Below are positions 1 through 10,060 of a stretch of 64,000 nt of DNA, piece after piece (position 1 is the stretch's first letter; every line of letters starts with the position of its first letter). This DNA comes from Thecamonas trahens ATCC 50062 (Eukaryota; Protista; Apusomonadida): contig NW_013657623.1 in NCBI RefSeq assembly GCF_000142905.1, positions 70,494 to 134,493 on the forward strand, given 5' to 3'. A program made the translations under genes and the position numbers. The notes under the pieces are model-generated. The model had not been told where the DNA came from. It was given only the letters and a program-made list of their open reading frames with translations, and made no database searches.

Positions 1-2263
1 CGCAGCTCGAGTCGTTCCTCATTGTCTCGGCCTCGGCGTACGACGACATTCGCAATGCTATTGTCGACATCAAAAAGTCAGCCGTGGAGCTGGCGCTCAA
101 GCGGCTGCCGTGGCTCATTCTCGACGCCATCGAGAGCGCGTCGGACCACATTGTGGACAACCCGGCGAACATGCTGCGGCTGGTCAAGGAGGTCATTGCC
201 ACGCTCCGCGAGGGCCCGAGCGCTAAGGAGGGCCTCGTCACCCAGTTTACCGCCATCTTTACCGGCTCGGAGCCGCTCTCGTTCGCGTCGCAAGAAGAGG
301 CCGAGGAGGTCATCGAGCATCTAACTGAGGTTTTCAAGAGCGCCGCGTCGCGGGTCCAAGCCGACATTATCAACAAGATCCTGACCAACACCAAGAAGAT
401 CAACTACAACATCGGCCAGATGGTCAAGGAGCGGCTCAAGCCGCATCTCCGCCAGTACGAGGACGATCTCGAGCGGGTCCTCGCCATGAACATCGAGTTC
501 CCGGAGATCAACGCGCCGGACCTCGACGAGTTTGGCGAGGGCATCCAGGCCTCGACGCTCAAGCTTCTCGAGCAGCCGACAACCCGGGCGTGGGCCGTCA
601 AGTGGCTGTTCAAGTTTATTCCGGTCCCGTGGCTCCGCAAGAACAAGGCTTCGACCTACGAAGTTGTCCCCGCTCGCATCCGCGAGGCCTTTGACCAGGG
701 CATCCGGCGGGTCTTTGACTCGACGCTCGAGGCCTCCAAGCAGCTTTCGCACGTCCTCCAGAGGGTCGTCGATGAGTACGGCGGTCAGGTCGAGAACGAG
801 CTCAACAAGCTCATCTCGCGCATCCGTCAGTCGATCGAGAACAAGAAGTCGACCCATGACCGCTCCATCTTTGTCAAGCACCTGTGCGAGGAGCAGCTGT
901 GGAAGCTCGAGGAGTACTACCGCCGGGCCCGCGACCTCGCGGTTCTCCTTGAGGCGCACGGCGGGAGCGGCGAGAGCGAAGACGGCGCGAGCGAGTCGGC
1001 CTCAAGCGAGTCGTCCGCCGGAGGCGGGAGCTCTGCGAGCACAAGCGGAGCAAGCGGAAGCGAAGAGGAGGCCATCGAGTGGGGCAAGAACCCAACAACG
1101 CCACGGTTTAAGCGGTTCGGGTACAAAGTGAGCGTGCCCAAGGCGTCGATCCTCTACCCGCGCCAGCTCTCACGAGTGGTCATTGCCACGGACGTGGCCA
1201 AGCTCCGAGAGGCGTCGCGGGCCAGCGGGAGCGGGAGCGGGAGCGGCAACAGTGCAGGCTCTGTGGCCGGTGGCGGGCGCAAGGTCACGTTTGGCAAGAG
1301 CCGTGTCGGCGCGAGCGCGAGTAGCGGAGGTGCAGGCGCAAGCGGACAGTCGTCGTCGGCGGCTGCGCTCATCGAGTCCAAGTACGGCGGAGTGGGCGTG
1401 AAGAAGAAGACCTCGTACCTCGAGTTCAAGATCAAGTACGGGACGTTCACGGTTGGGCGTGAGCTTGGGCGCGGGGCGTTTGCCACGGTCTACGCTGGTG
1501 AGTACAACGGGCGGCGAGTGGCCATCAAGGACATGCGGATCCGCAAGAACCGTGTGGACGAGGCCATCGGCGAGGTGGAGATCATGTGGAAGCTCTCGCA
1601 CCCGAACCTCGTCGAGTTCCTCGGCTTTTCCTCGCACGGCTCGTCGTTCTTTATTCTTATGGAGCACATGCAGGGCGGCTCGCTCCGAGACTGGTTCAAC
1701 GACCACGAGGGCGACGCGGGAGCCATGAGCTACGGCGACCGGGTTCTCCTCGTCGAGGACATCACTCTCGGACTCGAACACATGCACTCCAAGGGCGTTC
1801 TCCACCGCGACCTCAAGGCCGGGAACGTCCTCCTCGAGGAGAGCGAGGGCCGGCTCCGCGGCAAGCTCTCCGATTTTGGCACGTCCAAGTCGTCGCGGAC
1901 GCCCGTGGCCTCGGTCTACCAGACCGTCAAGGGCACGCCGGTCTACATGCCGCCGGAGCTTCTCTCGTCGTGGGCAAACAGGCGGAACAAGGCCCGATAC
2001 TCGGCAACCATCGACATCTACGCCCTTGCCATGATCATGTTTGAGCTATGGACAACCGCGCCGCTCATCGAGTCGGCCGACCAGTTCAACATCGACGAGA
2101 TCCTCCGCGGCCGGCGGCCCGACTTTCCTCCTGGCTTCCCGCCGAGCACCCGCCGCTCCACGCACTTATCGTCGCGTGCTGGGCCAACGATGCCGGCTCG
2201 CGTCCAAGCGCCGGCGAGGTTGTCAAGCGGCTCAAGGTTGTCCGAGGTGAAATGGGATTGTGA
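1..2263 (+). CDS. 5'-truncated gene: helical stalk paralogous to the CrfC-like dynamin at 27002-32115, Ser/Gly linker, C-terminal TKL-type protein kinase; one-base frameshift near 2138-2140
   Basis: Frame 3 is open from base 3 (QLESFLIVSASAYDD...). Kinase motifs: GRGAFATV, VAIK, HRDLKAGN, DFG, GTPVYMPPE, DIYALAMI. Subdomain XI (LIVACWANDAGSRPS) lies in the shifted frame that ends at TGA 2263; adding one C to TTCCC joins the frames. Confidence 0.85.
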
Positions 2264-2385
2264 TGATATGTTGGTAAAGTGGAGAAAGAAGATGATGGGG
2301 AGGGACATAGAAGAGGAGCATGCATGGTGTGTGTGTGTGTGTGCACGTGTGAAAGAGATCGATCGAGGAGGGTTCAGGCCGAGGC

Positions 2386-2392
2386 AAAAAAA
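2386..2392 (-). terminator. RNA polymerase III oligo-T terminator of tRNA-Ile
   Basis: A7 on the + strand (T7 on the - strand), 2 nt past the discriminator base. Confidence 0.75.
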
Positions 2393-2394
2393 TA

Positions 2395-2467
2395 TGGTCA
2401 GAGCGGGGCTCGAACCCGCGACCGACAGCTTATTAGACTGTCGCTCTACCGACTGAGCTACCCGACC
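2395..2467 (-). tRNA. tRNA-Ile (anticodon AAU)
   Basis: Reverse complement GGTCGGGTAGCTCAGTCGGTAGAGCGACAGTCTAATAAGCTGTCGGTCGCGGGTTCGAGCCCCGCTCTGACCA folds as a cloverleaf: acceptor GGTCGGG/TCTGACC, anticodon stem ACAGT/GCTGT with loop CT-AAT-AA, T-loop TTCGAGC. Confidence 0.95.
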
Positions 2468-2793
2468 AATCTGAAGACTGCAGGGAGTTCACACTATTTA
2501 TTACATTCATCACATTGCTACAGGTGAGCCTGCTGGCCTCAATACCTTGCACACAACAGAGTTGGGGGGGGGGGGCGTATCTCCCCGAAAGCCATGACTC
2601 CACCGGCATGGATAATAGTCTCCGTAGCCCGTATGCAAGGTGAACAAGTGTCGCTGATTGGCTCGCCCCCCGTGCGGCAGGCGAGATGAAAGTAGCTCGA
2701 TGGCGGCGAGGAGCACCTGATGCAAGACAGAGATGACAGGCGTGCAAGGGGGGGGACTCACGCACCACCACTCTCTGTCTCCGAACCAGCGGC

Positions 2794-4356
2794 ATGGGTA
2801 TGTCGGAATGGAGTGAGATGACAAGGCAGTGGTGGGAGAGTTGGACAGGAATCAGTGTGTGGCTCTTGTGGCTGGTTCTTGTTCCTGTCTTGGCTACTAC
2901 CGTCTTGCCTATGGTCTGGTGGTGGCCATCACGTCGGTGGCTTCCAGGTTGGGCAGACCTTCCGCTCATCAATCTCATCATTGTCTTGGCCAACTTGTCA
3001 CGATTGTATGAATGGATGACCGATTGCTCGCTCTCGTTTGGCTGGACGTGGACTGTGGTTCTTCCCATGCAACTGCGATTTGTTGGCATTACTCATCCAG
3101 ATGATGTCAAGCATGTCCTTCGTGATAACTTTGATAACTACGTCAAGGGCGAGACCTTTGGTGCTCTCGTCAATGAGCTCCTGGGTGGTGGCATCTTCAA
3201 CTCGGATGGAAAGGCCTGGTATCGTCAGCGGAAAATTGCATCGCATCTCTTTCATGTCCGCAACTTTAAGGAGACCATGGTCCCGGTCTTCCTTGCTCAC
3301 GCCCGCAAGGTTGCCCGCTTGCTTGACGCTACAGCTGCTACTGGTCATCATGCAGTCATCGACATGCATGATGTCTTCTACCGGTACACTCTCGATTCTG
3401 CTGGCGTCATCGCCTTTTCCAAGGACATCGGCTCGCTCGAGAACCGTGATGTTCCGTTTGCGCGCGCCTTTGACTACCTCCAGTGGGGCTGCCTCATGCG
3501 CGGCTTCACCCCGCTCTGGTGGCTCTGGCGTGACCTTGGCCTTTCGCCGATCGAGAATCGGATGCGGCGAGAGCTCGCTGTCCTTGATGACTACATCCGG
3601 ACGGCGGTTCTCGATTCTGATGATCCGCCTGCGGATGGACAGCAAGGCGCGTCGATCATTGAGCTGTTCAAGGCTTCGTCGCTCCGGCCGGACTCGCTGA
3701 GGCACGGGCCTGACGACGAGGCCGGGCGCGAGGAGGAGCTTCTCTTTCTGCGAGATCTTGTCGTCAACTTTATCATTGCCGGCCGAGACACGACCGGTGC
3801 TGCGCTCTCATGGCTCTTCTACCTCCTCGCCATGCATCCTCAGGTGCGGGACGAGGTTGTGGCCGAGATCGACGAGGTGCTCGATGGGGCCGACATGGCG
3901 TATGGCGACATACCGCGGCTGCCGCTCCTCCACGCCGCGGTCAAGGAGACGCTGCGGCTGTATCCTTCGGTCCCGCGCGACCTCAAGGTCTCGGTCTCGG
4001 CCGACGTCCTACCGGGCTCGGGTGCGGCAGTGGCGCCGGGCGTGTGGATCGTGTACATGCCGTACGTCATGGGCCGGCTGCCGGCGCTGTGGGGGCCGGA
4101 CGCAGCGAGCTTTCGGCCACAGAGGTGGCTCGAACCGGATTTCGAGCCGCCGTCGGCGTACAAGTTCATTGCCTTTAACGCCGGGAAGCGGTCGTGCCTC
4201 GGCGAGCGCATGGCGTACCAGGAGATTATGGCGTGCAGTGTCCACTTGCTCCAGCGGTTTGTGCTGGACGTTGCCCCGGGCGCCGACGTCCGACCGGCGA
4301 CCCAAATCACGCTCGCCATGGCCAACGGACTTCCGATGAACGTGCGCGAGCGATAA
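2794..4356 (+). CDS. Cytochrome P450, CYP86/CYP704-like (fatty-acid hydroxylase-like)
   Basis: N-terminal TM anchor, I-helix AGRDTT, ETLRLYP, FRPQRW, heme motif FNAGKRSCLG; NFDNYVKG is typical of this clan. Confidence 0.93.
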   Translation: MGMSEWSEMTRQWWESWTGISVWLLWLVLVPVLATTVLPMVWWWPSRRWLPGWADLPLINLIIVLANLSRLYEWMTDCSLSFGWTWTVVLPMQLRFVGITHPDDVKHVLRDNFDNYVKGETFGALVNELLGGGIFNSDGKAWYRQRKIASHLFHVRNFKETMVPVFLAHARKVARLLDATAATGHHAVIDMHDVFYRYTLDSAGVIAFSKDIGSLENRDVPFARAFDYLQWGCLMRGFTPLWWLWRDLGLSPIENRMRRELAVLDDYIRTAVLDSDDPPADGQQGASIIELFKASSLRPDSLRHGPDDEAGREEELLFLRDLVVNFIIAGRDTTGAALSWLFYLLAMHPQVRDEVVAEIDEVLDGADMAYGDIPRLPLLHAAVKETLRLYPSVPRDLKVSVSADVLPGSGAAVAPGVWIVYMPYVMGRLPALWGPDAASFRPQRWLEPDFEPPSAYKFIAFNAGKRSCLGERMAYQEIMACSVHLLQRFVLDVAPGADVRPATQITLAMANGLPMNVRER

Positions 4357-4375
4357 AAGCAGCTTGGGGTGAGGC

Positions 4376-6577
4376 TCACGCATTGATCGACGATGATGAC
4401 GACGCGCCCGAGTCGTGGCGCGGCCGCCGACCGCCTGACTTGGACGAGGCCGAAGCTGCCGAGGCTGAGGGTATGGGCGGCAGCGCGATGCCAAGCTCGG
4501 CAAGCTTGGCGTGAAAGTAGGTCCGCTCGGTGACGAGGGCCTGCTCGGCAGCAAAGCGGGCTTCGACGGCGGCGGCGGTCTCGGCGCGGGCGCGCTTGAG
4601 CTGGCGCTTGGCAAGCGCAAGCTGGTCCTGCGCCTCCATCTCGTGGGCCACCTTGAGCGAGAGCAGTTCCTGGTTCGAGTTACGGAGCTCGGCGATCTGG
4701 TGCTCGTACGACTCGATGAGCTCGCCGAGCCAGAGCAAGAGCGCGTCGTGGTCCATACCCGAGCCGAGCAGCGACTTGAGCTTGGCCTGAGCAGCGGTGA
4801 GCGCGCGGGTGTTGACCTCGTTGGTCGCCTTAACTTCGGCAAGCGAGGCCGCCAGCTTGGAGTTGGCCTCCTGTAGGCCGGTCAGCTGGTCCATGAGCGA
4901 TTGCAGCTGGGCGTCGGAAATGTCCGACGGGTCGCCGCCGGGAGCAGCGTGCGCTAGCGTCGACGACGAGACCAAGTTCATCTCGCCGAGCTGGTCGGTG
5001 AGCGACTGCCGTTCGCGCTCGCCGTCGCGGAGCTGCATCACCTCGCGCTCAAGCTTACGGTAGGCCTCCTGGAGGCGCGCCTTTTGGGCCTGGACCGAGT
5101 CAAAGGCGGCAAGCTTCTTGGAGAGCGCGGCAATTTGTGCGCGGTACTGCTTGATCATGGCCTTGTCGTCGTCGTAGGTGAGGTTGATCCGCGCCGAGTT
5201 GACAATGCGCTTGGCCATTGTGCCAAACAGAAGCGTCATCTTGGTCTGCTTGTGGTGGGCCGACGCCGGCGAGCCGGTGCAGATGACCGCCGTCCGGGCA
5301 TTGCCGCCGAGTGAGGTCCGCAGAATCTTGGTTAGCGACGAGTTGCGGTACGGCACAAAGGCTTCGCCCTTGGAAAGTGCCTGGATGACCGACTTGAGCT
5401 GGGTGAGCGAGAGGTTGATTGACTTGGTCTCGCGCTGTTGGCGCGAGCCGAAGCGCTCAGTCAGAGTCTCCGAGCCCGCGAGATCGACCAGGTTGAGCTC
5501 GGAGATGTTGACAGCGTCTCCTTGCAGCATGCTCGCCGACGACGATGACCGGCCAAGCCGCGAGGGGGTAGCCCGCGCTCCGCGTGGCGGCTCGGTCTTG
5601 GGCGTCGCGTCGCCGCCGGCAGCAGTCGACTCGATGATCATGCGGAAGATGGTGTGCGAGCGTGAGGAGTGCTCGTTGAGGTTTGACTTGCCGACCGCCC
5701 GGTTGGCCTCGCCCTGGCGGACAAGCTCCATTACGTCTTCGCCCGACTTGACAATGATCTCGGAGGCTTCGGGCACGACAAAGGCCGAGTCGACCTCGCG
5801 GATGGCCAGGTCGCGTCCATCGAGGCGCAGCAGGTCGTTGACCTCCTCGTTGTAGATCTCGAGGTAGGAGACGCGGAGAAGAAAGAGGGTGTCGCGCGAG
5901 GCGGCAATGGCGGCGAAAACCTCCTGGACCGCCCGTGGAAGGATGCCTGGATTTTGGCTCTCGCCCATCATGGTGTACGTCTTGCCCGACGCAGTCTGGC
6001 CGTAGGCAAAGAGCGTTCCATTGAAGCCGCGGAGGACAGAGCTCACGATCGGCCGCGCCACAGCCTCGTACACCGTCTTGGTTGAGTCGGACGGAGTAAA
6101 GACACGCTCAAACCCATACCGCCGCCCATGTGCCTCAGCAATGCACATGTCCGACTCAAACAGCCACTGAGTCTCCTCGCCGGCCTCGGACGTCAGATAC
6201 GGCCGGATGCGGACAACAACACGGATGTTGTCAGCGCTGGAGGACGGCTCATTGGCAGGACCAGCAGCAGCAGCAGGACCAGCAGCAGCACCACCTCCAC
6301 CAGCAGCAGCAGCAGATGACGATGACGATGACGGACGGACATGACCACCAGTTCGACCGATAGCTGCCGATGATACGGCAGCAGCAGTTCCACTCGATCG
6401 ATGAGGCAAAGTACGCGTCCGATTCCGACTCTGGCTCTGGCTTTGACTTTGACTTTGACTTTGACGTTGGCTTTGGCTCTGGCTTTGGCTCTGGTTGCGA
6501 GTGGCCGATGTGGTGCTTGTTGTGCTAGCCAGCCTCCGTTTGGTCCGCTTTCGGACTACCACCTTCTTCTTTGGCAC
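4376..6577 (-). CDS. Kinesin, kinesin-7/CENP-E-like motor with coiled-coil tail (start uncertain; possibly ATG 6642 with one missing base)
   Basis: NIRVVVRIRP, P-loop GQTASGKT, SYLEIYNE, NEHSSRSH, LVDLAGSE, VPYRNSSLT, then coiled coil. Confidence 0.92.
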   Translation of the reverse strand: MPKKKVVVRKRTKRRLASTTSTTSATRNQSQSQSQSQRQSQSQSQSQSQSRNRTRTLPHRSSGTAAAVSSAAIGRTGGHVRPSSSSSSAAAAGGGGAAAGPAAAAGPANEPSSSADNIRVVVRIRPYLTSEAGEETQWLFESDMCIAEAHGRRYGFERVFTPSDSTKTVYEAVARPIVSSVLRGFNGTLFAYGQTASGKTYTMMGESQNPGILPRAVQEVFAAIAASRDTLFLLRVSYLEIYNEEVNDLLRLDGRDLAIREVDSAFVVPEASEIIVKSGEDVMELVRQGEANRAVGKSNLNEHSSRSHTIFRMIIESTAAGGDATPKTEPPRGARATPSRLGRSSSSASMLQGDAVNISELNLVDLAGSETLTERFGSRQQRETKSINLSLTQLKSVIQALSKGEAFVPYRNSSLTKILRTSLGGNARTAVICTGSPASAHHKQTKMTLLFGTMAKRIVNSARINLTYDDDKAMIKQYRAQIAALSKKLAAFDSVQAQKARLQEAYRKLEREVMQLRDGERERQSLTDQLGEMNLVSSSTLAHAAPGGDPSDISDAQLQSLMDQLTGLQEANSKLAASLAEVKATNEVNTRALTAAQAKLKSLLGSGMDHDALLLWLGELIESYEHQIAELRNSNQELLSLKVAHEMEAQDQLALAKRQLKRARAETAAAVEARFAAEQALVTERTYFHAKLAELGIALPPIPSASAASASSKSGGRRPRHDSGASSSSSINA

Positions 6578-7214
6578 ACGACGAGAGTTCCCGACCTTCT
6601 TCCCGGAGGAGAGCTTCTTGAGCTCCGGTGACTTCCGTCCATATCCAGAGGGATGTAGCTATGTGTCTATGTCTATGTCTATGTGTGGTGTTGGTGTTGG
6701 TGGTGGTGGTGGTGGTGGTGGTGGTGGTGGTGGTGGTGGTGGTGGGGTGGAGTGTCGTCGGCTTGTCCCCGCTTTGGCCTGTCGTCGTCGTGGTGTGGTC
6801 GTCCTTGGTGGTGTCATGGCCTGGCGCGCAAAGTCGGCGGTCGGCGGTCGGCGGTCGGCGGTCGGCGGCCGGCTGCCGGCTGCAGTGGTCGGCGTTTGGG
6901 AGTGTGATGATGGGGATGCGTATGGGGGAAGAGGCAAGGCTCTTATCACGTTGATTCTTGTTGTGTGATTGAGTGTGAGGTTGTGCTGTAGATGGCGGTG
7001 ATGAGTGGAACAGAGTCGGCGCGGACGCTGGCGTCGGTTGGTGTTGATCTTGGTGCTGATGCGGCCTGAGATGGCGGCCCGGTGCGAGCTGGAGCTGCTG
7101 TCGCTGGTTCTGATTGAGCCGTCAGTCATGTTCTAGCAGCTGCTCACGCTGCGCGAGTCACCCTTGCGTGTAGCTGAAGGCAAGGCAAGCGGAGGTAGTC
7201 AGCCGGCAGCGAGG

Positions 7215-8116
7215 TCACCATGCCTGAAAGTCATCGCCGTAGTACTCGTAGTACTCGGCGTCGTCGCAAGAGTCCTCGTCGCCGGCATAGTACTCAGCAT
7301 CGGCGGCAGACAACAGCGGAGCCTCGGCCATTCGCGGGGCACCACTTCCGCCGCTTCCAGTCGGGTTTGTCCGCAGCATGACCAGCATGTCTTCGTACCC
7401 GTACAGAGTGGCAAGCAGCTCGTTCGGATCCATTCCGGGTTGGGCTTCTAGCAGCTCTGCCTGGATCGAGTGTAGCGCGGCGACCATGTCTCCCAGCGTC
7501 TCGTAGTTGTCCTGCTGCCAGACCGAGCCAAACCGCATCCGGCCGCTCCGCGCATCGCCTTGTCGGCGGAGCCGGCTCAGCGCGCTCTCGGCCCCGTCCA
7601 CAAGCCGCTCGATCTCGCCTAGAAAGAAGGCATGATCCAGGCCCATCAGATCCGGCACCTCACTATCCCCGTCCCCGACTCCATCCCCGTCCACCCCACC
7701 TACCCCGACCTCTCGCAGCAGAGCTCCCAGAAGCCCAACCACATTCCCCTCATCCCCATCGATCTCTTCGCCCTCTTTGACCACCGCCACTTCTTCGCCC
7801 ACCAGCTTCAGAGCCCGGATCAGGGCATCAACGCCAAAGATCATCTCAGCGTCAGCGGCATCGAGCCCTTCAGCGGGCTCGTCCTCTCCAGCCGCATCAT
7901 CATCGTTGCCGTATCCAGCTCGAGCTCAGGCACAAGATCAGGCACAAGGACAAAGGCATCTGGAAGGGACTTGCACAGCGGACAGGGCGGAGGAGAGGGA
8001 GCACAGGCGGCGGTCCAGCGGGCGACACAGGCGAAGCAGAGGCCATGGGAGCAGGGCATAAAAGCCGTAGCATGTCGAGGTGGCGCCGTGTGGCACACAG
8101 CGCACCTTCCCGACAT
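7215..8116 (-). CDS. RING-HC finger protein with acidic C-terminus, frameshifted near 7918-7921
   Basis: CAVC...PCSHGLCFACVARW...CPLCK (C3HC4). The 7215-7844 frame extends upstream to about 7920 and joins the RING frame by adding one base. Confidence 0.7.
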
Positions 8117-8570
8117 GTGACCGACCCTCTACCTAGGAGTAGACGGGTGGTGGCCGTGGTGGTGGTGGTGGTGGTCGTCGTGGCGATGGTCGGACGGCGG
8201 AAGGCGACGGCCGATCGTAAGTGGAGCGCTACTGCTCGGTTGATCTCATGGCTTGATCGCCACATGACGGATCGCTGATGATGGGCGACTGGTTGGGCGT
8301 GTGTGTGTGTGGGGGGGGCATGTGGGCATGTGCGTAGGTATGGCGGGGAGGGATCACCTCAGCTCAGCAGCGACGCGCAGTGGCTTCGATCATAGCCGTC
8401 GTAGCAGAGGCTGCAGATCGCAGCTTGATCGCCACGTGACGAGTCTTCCAAGATTCCAAGATGTGGTTAGCAGTTGGTGGTGGTAGCTTTGGAGGAGTTG
8501 TTACAGCGGGCCAAGACTGGCCCTGACGGCGCCTCCATGTCCGCGCTATCACCCCGCCGTATCGTCTGTC

Positions 8571-9554
8571 ATGCCGATGAGAGTTTGCACAGGTGCGCCA
8601 TACCCATACCCATACCCATACCCATACTCACCTCACTTCACCTCCCGCTCATGTTGCTCACACTTGCCGGCTCTGGTGGCCTGTCTGCGGCTGTCTGCGG
8701 CACTCCTCGCCCTGGCTGTGGCCGCCAATGCCTACGCCCTCGCCTCACACTCGTGGTACACCACCACTCCACAGGCAGGGGCCGTGCCTACCACCTGGGG
8801 CACACGAGTCATCTGTGCACACACCTCGCCTCTCCCCACATGTACCATTTTATCTGCCTTGCATTTGTTGCCATCATCATCGCCATCATCATCGGCATCA
8901 TCATCGGCATCATCGGCATCATCGGCATCATCGGCATCATCGGCATCACCATCGCCATCGCCATCGCATCAACTCCTTCCACATCTCACTCCGCTTGCAG
9001 GCAATGCTCATGCTCTTGTATCGGCTGGTATTGCGGCAATGGTTGGCTTGTGGATCGGTCTGCTGGCAAGTTTGGTTGCCTCAGCTTTGTCGCTCGTCGC
9101 TGCGAGCGCTCCTGAGCAGCCGATGCCCATTCATGTCCGATCGTTTGGCCTTGCTGCTGCTGTGGCTGCTGCTGCTCTATTCGCTACAGCAGTTGGCATT
9201 GGCCTCTTTCTTGCCCTCGGCGTCTACTCGATCTCGACTATCACCCACGCCGCCGCAGGCTCGTCGTTTCGTGACGGGTTCTGGGTGGCGGTTGTGGGCA
9301 TGGCAAGCACTGCCATCGCCGTCGCGCTCTTGCTTGGCGGCGGCAGACAAGCTCGAGATCTTGCTGTGGCTGACTATACTCGATTGTGGATCAATACCGA
9401 TGGGCCGTCGTGGCACAACTCACCCCCGCTTCACCCATCTTTGCCACGGCCAGCGTCGCGCCCGCGGACCGACTCCGCCACTCGCCCTCTTCTCGCCCCA
9501 TCGCCCGGGTCACCAGCTCAAAGTCCAGGACGTCGCCGCCCAGGAAAGCTCTGA
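8571..9554 (+). CDS. Four-TM claudin/PMP22/SUR7-superfamily-like membrane protein (start uncertain)
   Basis: TM1 followed by W, then WGTRVIC...C in the first loop, three more hydrophobic helices, SFRDGFWVAVVG before TM4; Ser/Ala microsatellite insert. Confidence 0.5.
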   Translation: MPMRVCTGAPYPYPYPYPYSPHFTSRSCCSHLPALVACLRLSAALLALAVAANAYALASHSWYTTTPQAGAVPTTWGTRVICAHTSPLPTCTILSALHLLPSSSPSSSASSSASSASSASSASSASPSPSPSHQLLPHLTPLAGNAHALVSAGIAAMVGLWIGLLASLVASALSLVAASAPEQPMPIHVRSFGLAAAVAAAALFATAVGIGLFLALGVYSISTITHAAAGSSFRDGFWVAVVGMASTAIAVALLLGGGRQARDLAVADYTRLWINTDGPSWHNSPPLHPSLPRPASRPRTDSATRPLLAPSPGSPAQSPGRRRPGKL

Positions 9555-9648
9555 CATCCAGCCCGCGCCGAGCTCACCACTCCTACGACTTGACAGTTCG
9601 AGATGGGCCCCCTGAGCGATGACAACGCGCAACCGCCCCCCCCCCCCC

Positions 9649-9943
9649 NNNNNNNNNNNNNNNNNNNNNNNNNNNNNNNNNNNNNNNNNNNNNNNNNNNN
9701 NNNNNNNNNNNNNNNNNNNNNNNNNNNNNNNNNNNNNNNNNNNNNNNNNNNNNNNNNNNNNNNNNNNNNNNNNNNNNNNNNNNNNNNNNNNNNNNNNNNN
9801 NNNNNNNNNNNNNNNNNNNNNNNNNNNNNNNNNNNNNNNNNNNNNNNNNNNNNNNNNNNNNNNNNNNNNNNNNNNNNNNNNNNNNNNNNNNNNNNNNNNN
9901 NNNNNNNNNNNNNNNNNNNNNNNNNNNNNNNNNNNNNNNNNNN
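9649..9943. other. Assembly gap (others at 16344-16444, 59748-59864, 60733-61213)
   Basis: Runs of N, mostly next to poly-C/poly-G tracts. Confidence 0.99.
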
Positions 9944-10060
9944 TTCCCACTCAGTCCTCCCCACGCCCTCCGCCACGCCCCCTCCCCCCCCCCCCCTCCC
10001 CCCCCTACCCCCGCGCCACAACCCACCTCCCACGCACCTTGGCTCCATTGCGCGCGCAGG

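Noticed and set aside
2264-2456. Kinase C-terminal extension overlapping the tRNA
   Set aside because: Product of the frameshift; it translates a GT microsatellite and the antisense strand of tRNA-Ile.
2560-2760. Possible ribozyme or snoRNA upstream of the CYP gene
   Set aside because: Only partial GATGA/CTGA motifs, with no complete hammerhead core or C/D architecture.
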